Assembly: GCF_902713615.1 (NCBI RefSeq)
Contig: NC_052152.1
Location: 28,557,810-28,621,809, forward strand
Direction: 5' to 3'
From: Scyliorhinus canicula
Taxonomy: Eukaryota
Length of the DNA stretch: 64,000 nucleotides
Below are positions 1 through 12,899 of this stretch, piece after piece. The translations under genes and the position numbers were made by a program. Positions within the stretch are counted from its first letter, which is position 1. Every line of letters begins with the position of its first letter. The notes under the pieces were generated by a model, which was not told where the DNA came from, did not search any database, and was given only the letters and a program-made list of their open reading frames with translations.

Positions 1-189
1 CCCAGCCCCTTCCTGGGGGGGCTGCATACAATGGGAAACCCTGCCGGCAGGACAAGATGATCCTGCTGCCGGTCAATGGTGGGCTGCCTTTGTAGCCGAG
101 AAACAAGTCATGGGGGCATGCAGAAAATCCCACCCAACAATTCAAGTCCATATGAGTTGCACCATATGATTTGGTACCACAGGGATCTG

Positions 190-275
190 TGCTTGAACCC
201 CAACTATTCACATTATACATCAATGAGGGAACTAAACATAGTATTTCCACATTTGCAGATGATACAAAGCTGGGT

Positions 276-306
<31 letters not shown>

Positions 307-1192
307 GAGCTGTGAGAAGGATGCAGAGATTCGTCAGCGCAAATTAGCCAGGGTGGATGAGTGGGCGCATATGCATGGCAGATGCAGTATAACAAGCGCA
401 CACACAGGTACAGCAGGCAGTAAAGAAGGCAAATAGTATTTTGGCCTTCATAGTGACAGGATTTTAGAATAAGATTAGGGATGCTTTACTACAATTGTAT
501 AGGGCATTGGTAAGGCCACACCTGAAGTATGCAGTTTTGGTGTCCTTACTATGGAGGGAGTGCAGCAAAGGTTTCCCAGGCTGATTCCTGTGGGGTGGCA
601 GGACTATCATATGAGGAGATACTAAATCGGTTAGGATTATATTCACTGGTGTTTAGAGTGAGGGGGAATCTCAAAGAAAATTATAAAATTCTGACAGGGT
701 AGATTCAGAAAGAATGTTCCCGAGGTTGTGGGGGGGGGGGGGGGTGCAGAAACTAGGGGTCATAGTTTGAGGATAAGGGGTAACCATTTTAGGACTGAGG
801 CAAAGAGAAATTTCTTCACCCAGAGAGTGGTGAATCTGTGGAATTCACTACCACAAAAAAGTAGTTCAGGCCAAAATGTTGTGTAATTTCAAGAAGGAAT
901 TTGATATAGCTCTTGGGGCTAAAGGGATCAAGGGATATGGAGGGGTGTTTGGGGGGGGGGGGGGGGGGGGCAGGATCAGGGTATCGAACTCGGTGATCAG
1001 TCATGATCATAATGAATGGCCAAGGGTTGAAGTAGGCTTGAAGGGCCAAATGGCCTCCTCCCACTTCTATTTTCTATGTATGTATGATATGGGGAGGAAG
1101 CAGGATTAGGCTATTGAGTTGGATAATCGGCCATGATCATAGTGAATGGCGGAGCAGGCTCAAAAGGCCGAATGGCCTCCTCCTGCTCCTAT
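190..1192 (+). mobile_element. CR1 LINE (HER1-like) 3' fragments
   Basis: Degenerate RT C-terminus (FADDTKL-like, LYRALVRPHL) and 3' tail ggccgaatggcctcctcctgctcctatg. Confidence 0.8.
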
Positions 1193-1194
1193 GT

Positions 1195-1282
1195 GGAAGG
1201 GTCATGTGGACTCGAAACATTAACTCATCCTCTCCACAGATGTTGCCACTCCTGCTGATTTAATCCAGCATTTTCAGTTTGG
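1195..1282 (+). mobile_element. Penelope-like element terminal remnant
   Basis: gaagggtcat..gactcgaaacattaactc..tccacagatg..ctgctga..tccagcattttc; same family as the relics at 33125 and 38580. Confidence 0.6.
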
Positions 1283-1844
1283 CTAGATGGCTAGTGTGCG
1301 CTTCAGAATAAGCCAAAGGCATGGGTCCGATTCCCATTCCAGTTTGGGATTTACAACCTCACCCTGTGCCTGAGTGTGGAAGGCAATGGCTGACAAAACT
1401 GCCAAGAAAACAGGATGCAGCGTTAGCATATGGTGAGCAAAGGCACAACACACATGAATGAATGACTCTTAAAAACCCAATCACATTTCATTCAACGTGA
1501 CTTAACATTGTCAAATATTTTTATAGTAGAGGATACGGTGTAAAATGTTGAAGTTCACATCAAATCACATCCTGCATTAATTGAATCTGTAAAGACTGCA
1601 TCAGCGCACTGTACAGAGGAGTGGGATATTCCAGACAGCAACTTCCACTGTCATATGGACAGTTCCCCAAAATATTTAGCATCATTATTGCTGAAAATGC
1701 CAAAAGAATAAAACCATTATTGACCTTAAAATCCTTAAAATATTTCCCTTTGTTGGTCACGGTTGACCATAGCAGTCTTATTATGAATTAGTTTTGCATC
1801 ATCCATCTTTGGTCTCCTAGCTATGATGCAGACTATTATTATTT

Positions 1845-2341
<497 letters not shown>

Positions 2342-2567
2342 TCAGCTCAGCTCAAGTTCACAATCAGGCCAACTACACACTACACTGATCCGCTGCACAG
2401 CTTGTGGAAAGGGCCACTTTCATAATTACACTCGAAGATGCTTGCTCTGGCACATCAAGCATCAGTCCTTCATATGCAATGGCAGAGTTACCAAGATAAA
2501 TATCAGTCTTCACGTCCCGTAGCCCATTTAATTTTCTCGCAACAATATCAACAAATAGCACCCTTAC

Positions 2568-2578
2568 CTGATTTACGT
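2568..2578 (-). other. Candidate 11-nt 5'UTR microexon of GART
   Basis: Minus strand reads gtcctttcag|ACGTAAATCAG|gtaagg: consensus acceptor and donor 11 nt apart, ~260 nt upstream of the first coding exon. Confidence 0.4.
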
Positions 2579-2593
2579 CTGAAAGGACTAACA

Positions 2594-3079
2594 CAGGGGT
2601 GGGCAAACTTTTCCGTGCAAGGGCCACATTCAGAAATTCACAATTTTAAAGGGCCGCATAGTATATTAAGTAAAATAATTAATATTTAAAATAGCCAAAA
2701 TAAAAGGTTTTTAAAGGGAAAAAAAGCAATTAATTTTTATTAATTAATATTTTAAAGTAGAAACTTTACATGAAACACATTTATTTGAAAAACAAAGTAA
2801 CTCAGTTTAAAGAAAAAAAAGCAATTAATTTTTATTAATTAATATTTTAAAGTAGAAACTTCACATGAAACACATGTTGTGCCGAGCAATGATCACCCTA
2901 CTCAAGTCAACGTATCCACCCTATACCAGTAACCTAACAGCCCCCCCATTAACCTTAAAATTAAAAATTAAAAAATAAAATTTTTAAAAAATGTTTTTTT
3001 ATGACTTGATCTTGGTGGGCCGCATAAAGACTTTTGGCGGGCCGCATGCGGCCCGCGGGCCGTAGTTTGCCCACCCCTG
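2594..3079. mobile_element. Non-autonomous hAT (Charlie-type) MITE
   Basis: 16-bp TIR CAGGGGTGGGCAAACT / AGTTTGCCCACCCCTG; perfect 8-bp TSD GACTAACA (2586-2593, 3080-3087); internal ~60-bp duplication. Confidence 0.93.
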
Positions 3080-4529
3080 GACTAACACATGAAGACTCAT
3101 TCTAGCCCACGTTTGAAAAAAATAGGTTTGATAAAGTGTGCACAAGACTCAACATGACAGCACATAAAATCAAGAGACATTTGTTCAAAATGTAAACAGC
3201 AAGGAAAGGAACTTCAGACAAGTTAATTAAAAACAGACCTCAATGACATTAGCTCTCAAATCTGACCTTATAAAGCAGCCCAAGATAAAACATCGACAAA
3301 GTAAAAAAAATGGAATGGTGCACTTAAGACTTTTTTGAACAAACTCTTACAGTTTTTAATCAAACCTCAAAAGAAAGTCTGCAAATTTACAAATTATCCC
3401 AGACGATGGAATAGAGTAGCGTTCTCAAAACTAAACAAAAAAAGGGTGGCGCTGAAGGGAACGGACATCGAGGTTATTTGAAACATCATGCAGGCAGAAA
3501 GATCTCATGATCTACTCATGACTTCCATCACTCATAGATTAATAACAACAGAATTAGCTCTGCTTGACAATCTATATATGGCATGAGTTAATAAACTTAA
3601 ATATTTAGCCACAAGATAATTACGGATGAGGAAGGTCACTTTTCCATCTCAATTTATTAAACTCTACATGTCCTGTCGTTTCGTACAGGATTCCAGGGTT
3701 TTCACCTGCATCCTAGAGACGGGCAACCTATACCATGAAATGGTCGCTCAATGTCCCTCCATTCCGGATCGAAAAGCCTAAATCCTCCACTCTTTTTGTC
3801 ATCAATCATGCCTTTGAAGATGATCGTCCTGTGGCTCTCTCTATGCTTCCTCTAATGTTTCAATATCATTTTTTGCCAACCAGAATTGGATACAGTATTC
3901 TTGATTCACGGTCTCTCCTAGTTTGATACCACCTCTAAATTTGATTACTCTACATCTTTTTTTTTTGGTTTGGGTTAAAAAAATAGAGTTTTAAATCAAA
4001 GCTTTTACTGAACAGTTCCATAAATATCACCAAAATTGATTATTTGTGATGGTGAAGTTTCAAATTAAATTATTAAACTTGTCGGGTGCAGACGTCAAGC
4101 ATTGATTGGTGCTTGGTGCTGCATGTTGGAATTGCCATGCATGTTGGAATTGGCAACACCTGTTGCCATGGAATCTGACATGTTACCGCACAGAAACAGG
4201 TCATTTGGGCTCAATCAGCGCATTGGTGATTTCCCCACATATGAATCGTCAAAATCTGCCATATAATCACAGGACATCAGCAAAAAAAACTAGTAAGAGA
4301 CAACTGACTGCAAAGTCACTTTGGGCTCCATCTACATCTACAGTTACAGTACCTGATTTACATTACTGGTTATGCAATACCCAGCAGCTAATCTTCCAAC
4401 ACACAGATGGAGATCTCTGCTCCCAGGTGACTAACATTAACCATTTGAAAGGCCAGGTAGCAGAATCCACTTCCTCATAATATTCAAACCTCCGTTTGAA
4501 TGCCTGACTATTATTCCAATAGACTATAG

Positions 4530-6625
4530 ACAAACCATTACAAGGGGACATAAATTTAAGGTGAATGGTGGAAGATATAGAGGGGGATGTCAGAGGTAGG
4601 TTCTTTACCCAGAGTAGTGGGGGCATGGAATGCACTGCCTGTGGAAGTAGTTGAGTCGGAAACATTAGGGACCTTCAAGCGGCTATTGGATAGGTACATG
4701 GATTACGGTAGAATGATGGGGTGTAGATTAATTTGTTCTTAATCTAGGACAAAAGTTTGGCACAACATCGTGGCCCGAAGGGCCTGATCTGTGCTGTATT
4801 TTTCTATGTTCTATGTGTCAAGTGTTTCAGGGCTAAGAGGAAAGGACAGGGGAGTGGAACTAACAGAGTTGCTCTTGCAGAGAGTTTGAAGGCCTACCAA
4901 ATAGCCTCAGTACTGTAACCATTCTATAATTCTGTGAACATTATTAAAAGATGAGATTGCAAACAACACATTGCATTTAACACAATAACAACATCCCAAG
5001 ACACCTCACAGGAGTGTTGTCAGACAAAACCTGGCACCAAGTCACATAAGGAGCTATTGAGATGTTTGGTTAAAGGGGTTCATTCTAAAGTGTCACAGGA
5101 GAGGTTTAGAGAAAGAATTCCAACGTTTTGCACCTAGACTGTTGAAGGCACAACTACCAACATAGTATGGAAACTCATACAAGAATGAGAGATCAAAATT
5201 CAAGGGACATGGGCTGTATCGCTGGAGGAGTTTAATGAGATAAGGGCAGGGGCACAGAGGAAGTACGGTGCTCAAGTATCATATGGAGCTTATATTCACT
5301 GGGTTTTGGGAGCACATTTAAAGTGTGTTCTCAGGGCCTTCTGCATAATGTTCACAAATAAATTTTCTTTATCGTGCCTAATTAGAACAAGAGAAAGGAG
5401 GTCTTGTGGTGCAGGGGGTAACGACCCTGATCCTCAGCCAGAAGCTCTAAAGTTTCAGTCCCATTTCAGGACCTGTTGACCATGAAAGTTGCATTCACAA
5501 CACGACCAAAGAGTTTAATGCACACCCTGCAAATCCTTCCAACACACCCAAGGTGCGGGAAATGTGGAAGACACTCTGGTCAGCCACGCTTGATGTGCAA
5601 TGACGCTCTGCAAGATTTAGCCAGTGGCTTTAGACCAGCGACGTGTCCATTCTAGAGAGAAGCAATCCGGGAAAAACAAGCTATGAAAACAGATATAAGC
5701 AAGATATGTGCTTTGTCTGCTTCGTGCATTTACGAGATTGGTACCAAGAATTAGGAAATTTAAATACAAGGAAAGATTAGAGAAATTGGGCTTGTTCTCT
5801 TTAGAGCAGAGATTAAGGAGTACCTTACTGAACATAGAAAAATACAGCACAGAACAGGCCCTTCGGCCCACAATGTTGTGACAAATTTATGTCTTAGATT
5901 AAGAACAAATTAATGTACACCCCCTCATTCTATGTAATTCATGTACCTATCCAATAGCTGCTTGAAGGTCCCTAATGTTTCCTACGCAACTACTTCCACA
6001 GGCAGTGCATTCCATGCTCCCACTACTCTCTGGGTAAAGAACCTACCACTGACATCCCCCTATATCTTCCACCATTCACCTTCAATTTATGTCCCCTTGT
6101 AATGGTTCGTTCCACACGGGGAAAAAGTCTCTGACTGTCTACTCTATCTATTCCCCTGATCGTCTTATAAACCTCTATCAAGTTGCCTCTCATCCTTCTC
6201 CGTTCTAATGAGAAAAGGCCTAGCACCCTCAACCTTTCCTCGTAAGGCCTACTCTCCATTCCAGGCAACATCCTGGTAAATCTCCTTTGCACCTTTTCCA
6301 ATGAGGTGTTCAGAATTCTGAAAAAGGAGGATATTCTATTTCCACTAGTTGGAATCAGTGACTGGGGGTCACAATTTCAAAATGTTCAGTCAAAGAGCTA
6401 GGAATGAGATGAGGAGAAATTTATTTTACTTAGGAGGTGTTGGGATTCAGAATGCGCTGCCTAGGAGAGCGGTGGAAATGGATTCCATAGGAGGTTTCAA
6501 AAGAGAGCTAGATATATATTTCAAAGTGTCGAATTTAGAGGGCTACAGAGATAGGCTGGGGAATGGGACTACCTAGGTAGCTCTTTCAGGAGTACGGTGC
6601 AGGCACAATGGGCCGAGTGATTCTA
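4530..6625. mobile_element. Cluster of CR1 3' fragments in both orientations, plus a small tRNA-SINE
   Basis: ORF 6023-6301(-) MEKVQRRFTRMLPGM..GLFSLERRRMRGNLIEVYK is the CR1 ORF2 C-terminus; (TTCTATG)n tails at 4801 and 5830. Confidence 0.8.
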
Positions 6626-7129
6626 GCCTAAGAAGAATGAGAACAAGTAACATTCAAAGTTATGCTGCTTAACCAGTGTTTATGTTAGGCAAGGTTTGCA
6701 GTATCCATGTACATAAACCATGCTTACACATGTAAGGTAACATCAAATACAAATGATTGCCATAAGTTTGAGGAGGGGCACCCAGGTCAACTCCTAGGAA
6801 ACTGGTGTTTGGACATTTTGAAAGCAACATTGTATTTGTTCAGGAGGCAAAGTCGATTATATAGTCTTCTGAGAAAATGAGTGATAAAATAGAGATTTAG
6901 AGCTTGAGCAGGGGTACATTTGGAAGAGGTTTAGCTAATGGGCAAGGGGAAATATGTTTGCAAATGTCTCTTTTCGAATAACTTATGAAGAATGCTTCAA
7001 CAACCTGCAGCAAAACAATTCTACATCGTAGCCCCTCAATGCAATTTTGTGAACCTCTCCTTCAAACTCTTTTGCAATTTTCTTATTATTCTTGTCACTA
7101 GGTGGTGAAACAATAATACCGTGTACCTT

Positions 7130-7308
7130 GGGCTGGTTTAGCTCACCAGGCTAAATCGCTGGCTTTTAAAGCAGACCAAGCAGGCCAGCAGCACGGTTCG
7201 ATTCCTGTACCAGCCTCCCCGGACAGGCGCCGGAATGTGGCGACTAGGGACTTTTCACAGTAACTTCATTGAAGCCTACTCGTGACAATAAGCGATTTTC
7301 ATTTCATT
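7130..7308 (+). mobile_element. Short tRNA-SINE with (TTTCA)n tail; copies also at ~8765-8930(-), 19857-20046(-), 30829-31012(+), 32676-32865(+), 35406-35525(-)
   Basis: GGGCTGGTTTAGC..GGTTCGATTCC B-box, then shared tail ggcgccggaatgtggcgactaggggcttttcacagtaacttcatt..gacaataagcgattttcatttca. Confidence 0.85.
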
Positions 7309-7729
7309 GCAGACCTTCTAAAACAAACAGAAGTCAAATCAAATGACACAATCAGGTAACCTTTAACCTGTACAGCAAACCCAAATGCTAAGTTATCCCT
7401 TTAACCTTAGTAACACCCCAGAATCTATCCTGCGACTTGCCCATTGCTTTGTCAATTTCCCTGTTACAGCACTGTAACCAACTAGGACTCATGCACGAGT
7501 AATTCTAACACTGCAGCAAGGGTATAGGCTCCAAGATTGCAATATTAAGTCATGCAAAACAGCAAGCATCCAGACTCTGCGAAGTTGGCTGGTCCCCGCC
7601 TCCAGTCAATGCAATTTTTTTTTTAAAACACCGGCTACATCAATTCTCACTATTGTATTCACAAGGGTCAATTCAGAGCGTTAGGAAATGAATACACTAA
7701 AATCAAAAGTGTTGGCCGGATGTTTGCAA

Positions 7730-8170
7730 GCTCACCGACTGGTCTTTGAGACTTAGAAACAAACACGTGCCGCAGCAAGAAAATGAACGCAAGTAACAAA
7801 ATGCCCACGTTTGCACAGACGGTACTCACACACCAATGGTTGCTGGAGAGGGCGGTGGAAATGCTCAAGCTGCAGGCTGTGCTCGCTGAATCATCACAGC
7901 TCCTAGTTGAAAAGGGGGAGGGTTTCGCTCCTCCCGCTTCCGAGGTTGCTGTGGTCACATTGCGACCTGGGCTAACTGAAGTGTGCAGAATAAAAATTAA
8001 AAGTCACGTTTGCAGAGCCCGGTTCTGTTAATGTTACACGGGGGGGAAAAAAAAGTGGCCGACAAAACTTAATAACGAGCAAAAGGAATTGTGGGTTTTG
8101 TAGTTTCCAGCTGTCTGCCCAGAGTGCAGAGCTGGAGACCCAGCTACAATCATTTCACCAGCATGTTGCA
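7730..8170 (-). promoter_or_regulatory. Probable GART promoter and non-coding first exon
   Basis: Non-repetitive, relatively CpG-containing stretch. Minus-strand donors GTGAGT (7829) and GTGAGC (7735). ZNF143/THAP11-like motif ACTACAAAACCCACAATTCC at 8104-8085 (-). Confidence 0.55.
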
Positions 8171-8375
8171 GGCAGGATGTTGCTCTGTAAGGCGGCATTG
8201 TGCTTAGCACGTTTTAGTCTGTGCTGGGGGCCTGAAATGTTGAATTGCTCATTGTTGTTTTGGCAGACAAGGATGTATGCTTGAAAAGGAGACGTGCAAA
8301 CGGAGATGAAGAGAACAGGGACAATGGGCCGAATGGCCTCCCTCAACGCTGTGTGGTTATTCTATGGTTAATAAT

Positions 8376-8764
8376 TGTCATGAGATGCAAACATGGAACC
8401 AATGAACACTCAGAATAGGACACAACCAATGGGCAGTCAGGACACTCAGATGTGGCATCACCACAAGGGGTCATTACATAAACTCTATAAAAGGGATGAG
8501 GCACTCACACCCTGCCTCTTTCCACAGTCAGACATCCAGAGAGTTAGACAGGGTTGATCAGCAGCATCTCACCCCAGCACGTGGCTTAGAGCAAGCTGGT
8601 ACAGTTAGACTGAGTTAATACAGTTAGATTAGCAGAGAGTCAAACTCATTTGAGAACTCTTAATAGTTCAAGAAACACGTTGAACTCATTTCAGTCTGGA
8701 GCATCCTTTAGTTAAGACTGCATCAAGTAGCAGCCTGTGTTATCCGAAGCAGCGTAACACAATA
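8376..8764 (+). mobile_element. Solo LTR
   Basis: TGTCAT start; CCAAT boxes; TATAAA ~8486; 5-bp TSD ATAAT (8371-8375, 8765-8769); terminal CA reads TA. Architecture like the LTR at 21509. Confidence 0.7.
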
Positions 8765-11700
8765 ATAATCGCTTATTGTCACGAGTAGGCTTCAATGAAG
8801 TTACTGTGAAAAGCCCCTTGTCGCCACATTCCGGCGCCTGTCCAGGGAGACCAGTATGGGAATTGAACCCGTGCTGCAGGTTTTGTTCTGCATTACAAGG
8901 CAGCTGTTTAGACCACTGTGCTAAACCAACCCTACTACTGCCTCTGGCAGCCTGTTCCAGACACTCACCTCCCTGTGTATAGTACAAAATGCCCCTCTGG
9001 ACCCTTTTGTATCTCTCCCCTCTCACCCTAAACCTATGCCCTCTAATTTTAGACTCCCCTATCTTTGGGAAAAGATGTTAACTATCGACCTTATCTATGC
9101 CCCTCATTATTTTATAGACCTTTATAAGATCACTCCTAAGCCTCCAGGGAAAAATGTCCCTGTTGATCATTATTTTACTATCATTTGAATTGATTATTAA
9201 TATGGCGGTACCTCTTTTGTATTTGTTTTTCATGTGCGTCCTCAACTGCTCTGCACTTCTGCTGCTAAATCTGGCTTGACTCCTTAGATATGCCTGCAGC
9301 CTCCCATTGTGCCACTCTTGTAACCTTTTATCCCAGTACATCAACTGGGGGCTAGTCTTACCAATCCTCCCACTTTTAAAAAAAAAATTTTTAATAAACA
9401 TTTTATTGAGGTTTTTTTTGATTTTACAACAACAACAACGGTGCCACCCTTGTTTTTAGCACCGTGGACATGACGTCTGCAAACCCCTGCCAGAATCCCC
9501 TGAGCTTTGGGCATGTCCAAAACATGTGGACATGGTTTGCTGGCCCCCCTGCACACCTTGCATACCTATCTTCTACACCAAAGAACCTGCTCATCCGGGC
9601 CACTGTCATGTGAGCCCGGTGAACGACCTTGAACTGTATCAGGCTGAGCCTGAAGCATGTTGTGGAGGGGTTGACTCTACTCAACGCCTCCGCCCAGAGA
9701 CCATCCTCTATCTCTCCTCCTAACTCCTCCTCCAACCTGTGCTTCAGCTCCTCAGTCTGCCTGTCCTCTGATCCCATGAGCTTCTTATAGATGTCAGAGA
9801 CCTTCCCTTCTCCCACCCACACTCTGGAAACTACCCTATCCTGAATCTCCCTTGGTGGTAGGAGCGGGAAGGTTGAGACCTGCCTGCGTAGGAGGTCCTG
9901 CACCTGAAGGGACCTAAATTTGAAGGTACCTCGCCAATCCAAATTTCTCCTCCAGCTCCCTCAAGCTAGGAAAGCTCCCTTCTATAAACATATTCCCCAT
10001 CCTCTCAATTCCTGCCTTCTGCATCTCCGAACCCCCCCTCCCCCATCCCGCCCATCCTTCCCAGGGAAAACCAGTGGTTATTGCAGATTGGAGACCAGAC
10101 CGATGCTCCCTCTGCTCCCACATGCCTCCTCCATTGCCCCCAGACTCTCAGGGCTGCCACCACCATGGGGCTGGTAGAGTACCGGGCTGGCGGGAACGGC
10201 AGAGGCGCCGTTATCAACACACCCAAACTGGTGCCCTTACATGAGGCCGCCTCCATACGCGCCCATGCCGATCTTCCCCCCACCACCCACTTCCTGATCA
10301 TGGCTATATTCGCCGCCCAATAATAGTTACTGAAGTTTGATAGCGCCAGCCCGCCCTCTCCCCGGCTCCGCTCAATCATCCTCCTCTTTACTCGTGGGGT
10401 CTTGCCAGTCCATACAAAGCCCATGATAACTCTGTTAGCCCGTTTAAAAAAGTTCCGCGGAATAAAGATGGAGAGACACTGGAACACAAACAGGAATCTC
10501 GGAAGGACCGTCATCTTCACCGTCTGGACCCTCCGAGCTAGTGACAACGGGAGAGCATCCCACCTCCGAAAATCGTCCTTCATTTGGTCCACCAGACGGG
10601 CCAGATTAAGTTTGTGCAACCGTTCCCATTCCCGCGCCACTTGGATGCCTAGATAATGAAAACTTACCCCTACCACTCGAAATGGCAGTTCCCCCAGCCG
10701 TCTCTCCTGTCCCCTTGCTTGGATCGCAAACATCTCACTTTTCCCCGTATTTAGTTTGTAACACGAAAACCAGCCAAATTCCCCCAGAATCCTCATGATT
10801 TCTTCCATCCCCTCCACTTGGTCCGATACATACAGGAGCAGGTCACCTGCGTAAAGTGAGACTCTGTGTTCCACTCCCCCCCCAGACTAACCCCTTCCAG
10901 CCGCTTGAGGTTCTCAGCGCAATTGCCAGCGGCTCTATAGCTAGCGCAAACAACAGTGGGGAGAAGCAGCACCCCTGTCTCATCCCTCGTTGTAGCCCAA
11001 AATAGACCAATGTTGTCCTATTCATCCATACACTAGCCACAGGAGCCTGATACAGCAACCTGACCCCGTCAATAAAGCCCCGCCCAAATCTGAACTGTCC
11101 CAGTACCTCCCACAGATATTCCCATTCTACTCGATCAAAAGCCTTCTCTGCGTCCATTGCGATCATTACCTCCACCTCTCTACCTTCTAGGGGCATCATG
11201 ATCGCATTTAGCAACCTTCTTACATTGGACACCAACTGCCTTTCCTTAACGAACCCCGTCTGGTCCTCCCCAATCATGTCTGGAACACAGTCTTCAATCC
11301 TAGAGGACAAAATTGTGGCCAACAGTTTGGCGTCCACATTCAGTCGGGATATCGGCCTGTAGGACGCACACAGCTCCGGGTCCTTATCCTGATTCAGAAT
11401 GTGGCGGTATCCATCTATATTAAAGGCTGATCAGAACTGATTTTACATTAAATCATATATTCACTTTATATTAAAAACTGATCAGAGCTGATGCTATATT
11501 AAATCATGTATTTAGCCCTATATTAAAAACTGATGACTGATGAAGTCAATGTAAACCATTCCTTATCGCAATAATGTTTTTAATATGTATTACAGACATT
11601 ATCTTGTAAGAGTCCAGATGCAGTGAACTCATTAAGTCTTGTGGCCTTGTCTGGAAATAAGCTCTGCCAACTAAGGGAGGATATCACTTGTACAGTGGCC

Positions 11701-11804
11701 TTGTCACTATGGCTTGGCAAAAGACCCTGGCAAGAAGAGAGGCTGGTGATATTCTGGAGATAGCTACCAGAGGTATCAACCTCATATCTAGTGTCTTGTT
11801 AGAC

Positions 11805-12060
11805 TGTGTTGTTCCTCGTGTCTTAATAAAGCTCGTAGTCTCAAAGGTGGAGAAGATGCTTTATTGTGAATTTGTTCTGTCTTCAGAGCTCAACCTATAG
11901 CTACCTCAAATGCTGCCTGTCTGTGTCTGTGTCCTGCTACCAGTTCTCCCTTCCGTGAAGCGTGCCCTCACTTCCTGTCCCTGTGTATTTATAGCTCTCC
12001 CGTGCGCCCTCTAGTGCTTGCTCAGTTGTATTGCATCTACTCAGATCTACAATCACCACA
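11805..12060 (-). mobile_element. Short solo LTR nested in the long LTR
   Basis: Minus strand reads TGTGGTGATT...TATAAA...AATAAA...GAACAACACA; flanked by a 71-bp direct repeat (11734-11804, 12061-12131). Confidence 0.75.
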
Positions 12061-12692
12061 GAAGAGAGGCTGTTGATTTTCTGGAGATAGCTACCGGAGC
12101 TATCAACCTCGTATCTAGTGTCTTGTTAGACCTCCTTAGAAACCAAGGTCTTGTCGACCAAAAGAGAGACTGTTCTTTGTCTCGAAATAACTGGGGAGTC
12201 AAACTCCCTAAGTAAGAAAAGGGTATAAATGTTTAAGCAAAAGCTGCGAAAGTTAGAGTTTCGCTTGAAGAGATGTTTAGGAGATTACTGGGTGTTTAAA
12301 CTGCTATCTGGACTCGTAGAGTTCTGTTCTTGTTTGAGTGTCGAACTCCGAGACTACTAGTCGTTGTAAGTATGAAATGTTTATAGCTTAAGCAATTATG
12401 TAGTTAAGGAGTTCACAGGCTAACTCATCACATATCCTGTAATTGTCAAACTGTATCATTTATCAAAACACTTGTATTGCCCTTTTTTCTTTAAATAAAT
12501 TGCATATATATTTTACCATACAGATCCGTGTCTATTTCAATAAATAAGAGTGACATTTAACTAAGACTCATCATATTCTCACCCTTTGAGGCTATCTGAA
12601 GGGTCACTTGCCCATGCCTGGCTCTCAAGAATTAGAAATATTTAGTCGACGTTAAGGAAAAGATAGCATCTTTCTAAGTCATAGTCTAACCT

Positions 12693-12899
12693 TGATGTGG
12701 AGATGCCGGCGTTGGACTGGGGTGAGCACAGTAAGAAGTCTTACAACACCAGGTTAAAGTCCAACAGGTTTGATTCAAACACGAGCTTTCGGAGCGCAGC
12801 TCCTTCCTCAGGTGAATCTGAGGAAGGAGCAGTGCTCCGAAAGCTCGTGTTTGAATCAAACCTGTTGGACTTTAACCTGGTGTTGTAAGACTTCTTACT
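12693..12899. mobile_element. Penelope-like inverted pseudo-LTR insertion (82-bp-arm palindrome)
   Basis: Arms 12730-12811 and 12818-12899, 2 mismatches, 6-nt loop; 12-bp TSD ATAGTCTAACCT (12681-12692, 12900-12911); carries hammerhead cores. Confidence 0.85.
12780..12814 (-). ncRNA. Minimal type I hammerhead ribozyme motif (Penelope-associated)
   Basis: CAC-CUGAGGA-A-GGAGC(UGC)GCUCC-GAAA-GC-UC^GUG: catalytic core, 5-bp stem II, palindromic mini stem III, CAC/GUG stem I. Confidence 0.65.

Noticed and set aside
271-306. Long poly-G/poly-C runs (also 730, 950, 14757, 19160, 37262, 39952, 62332)
   Set aside because: Homopolymer expansions within repeats, possibly with length errors; no evidence of function.
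7130-7215. tRNA-like A/B boxes here and in many other places
   Set aside because: These are SINE heads followed by SINE body and tail, not cloverleaf tRNA genes.
7668-8031. ORFs at the GART promoter as a possible SON first exon
   Set aside because: No resemblance to the SON N-terminus as I recall it (MATNIEQIFRSFV...).
11416-11536. Functional U2 snRNA gene
   Set aside because: Only a ~40-nt diverged segment is matched, with no Sm site or 3' stems; kept as a captured-fragment hypothesis.
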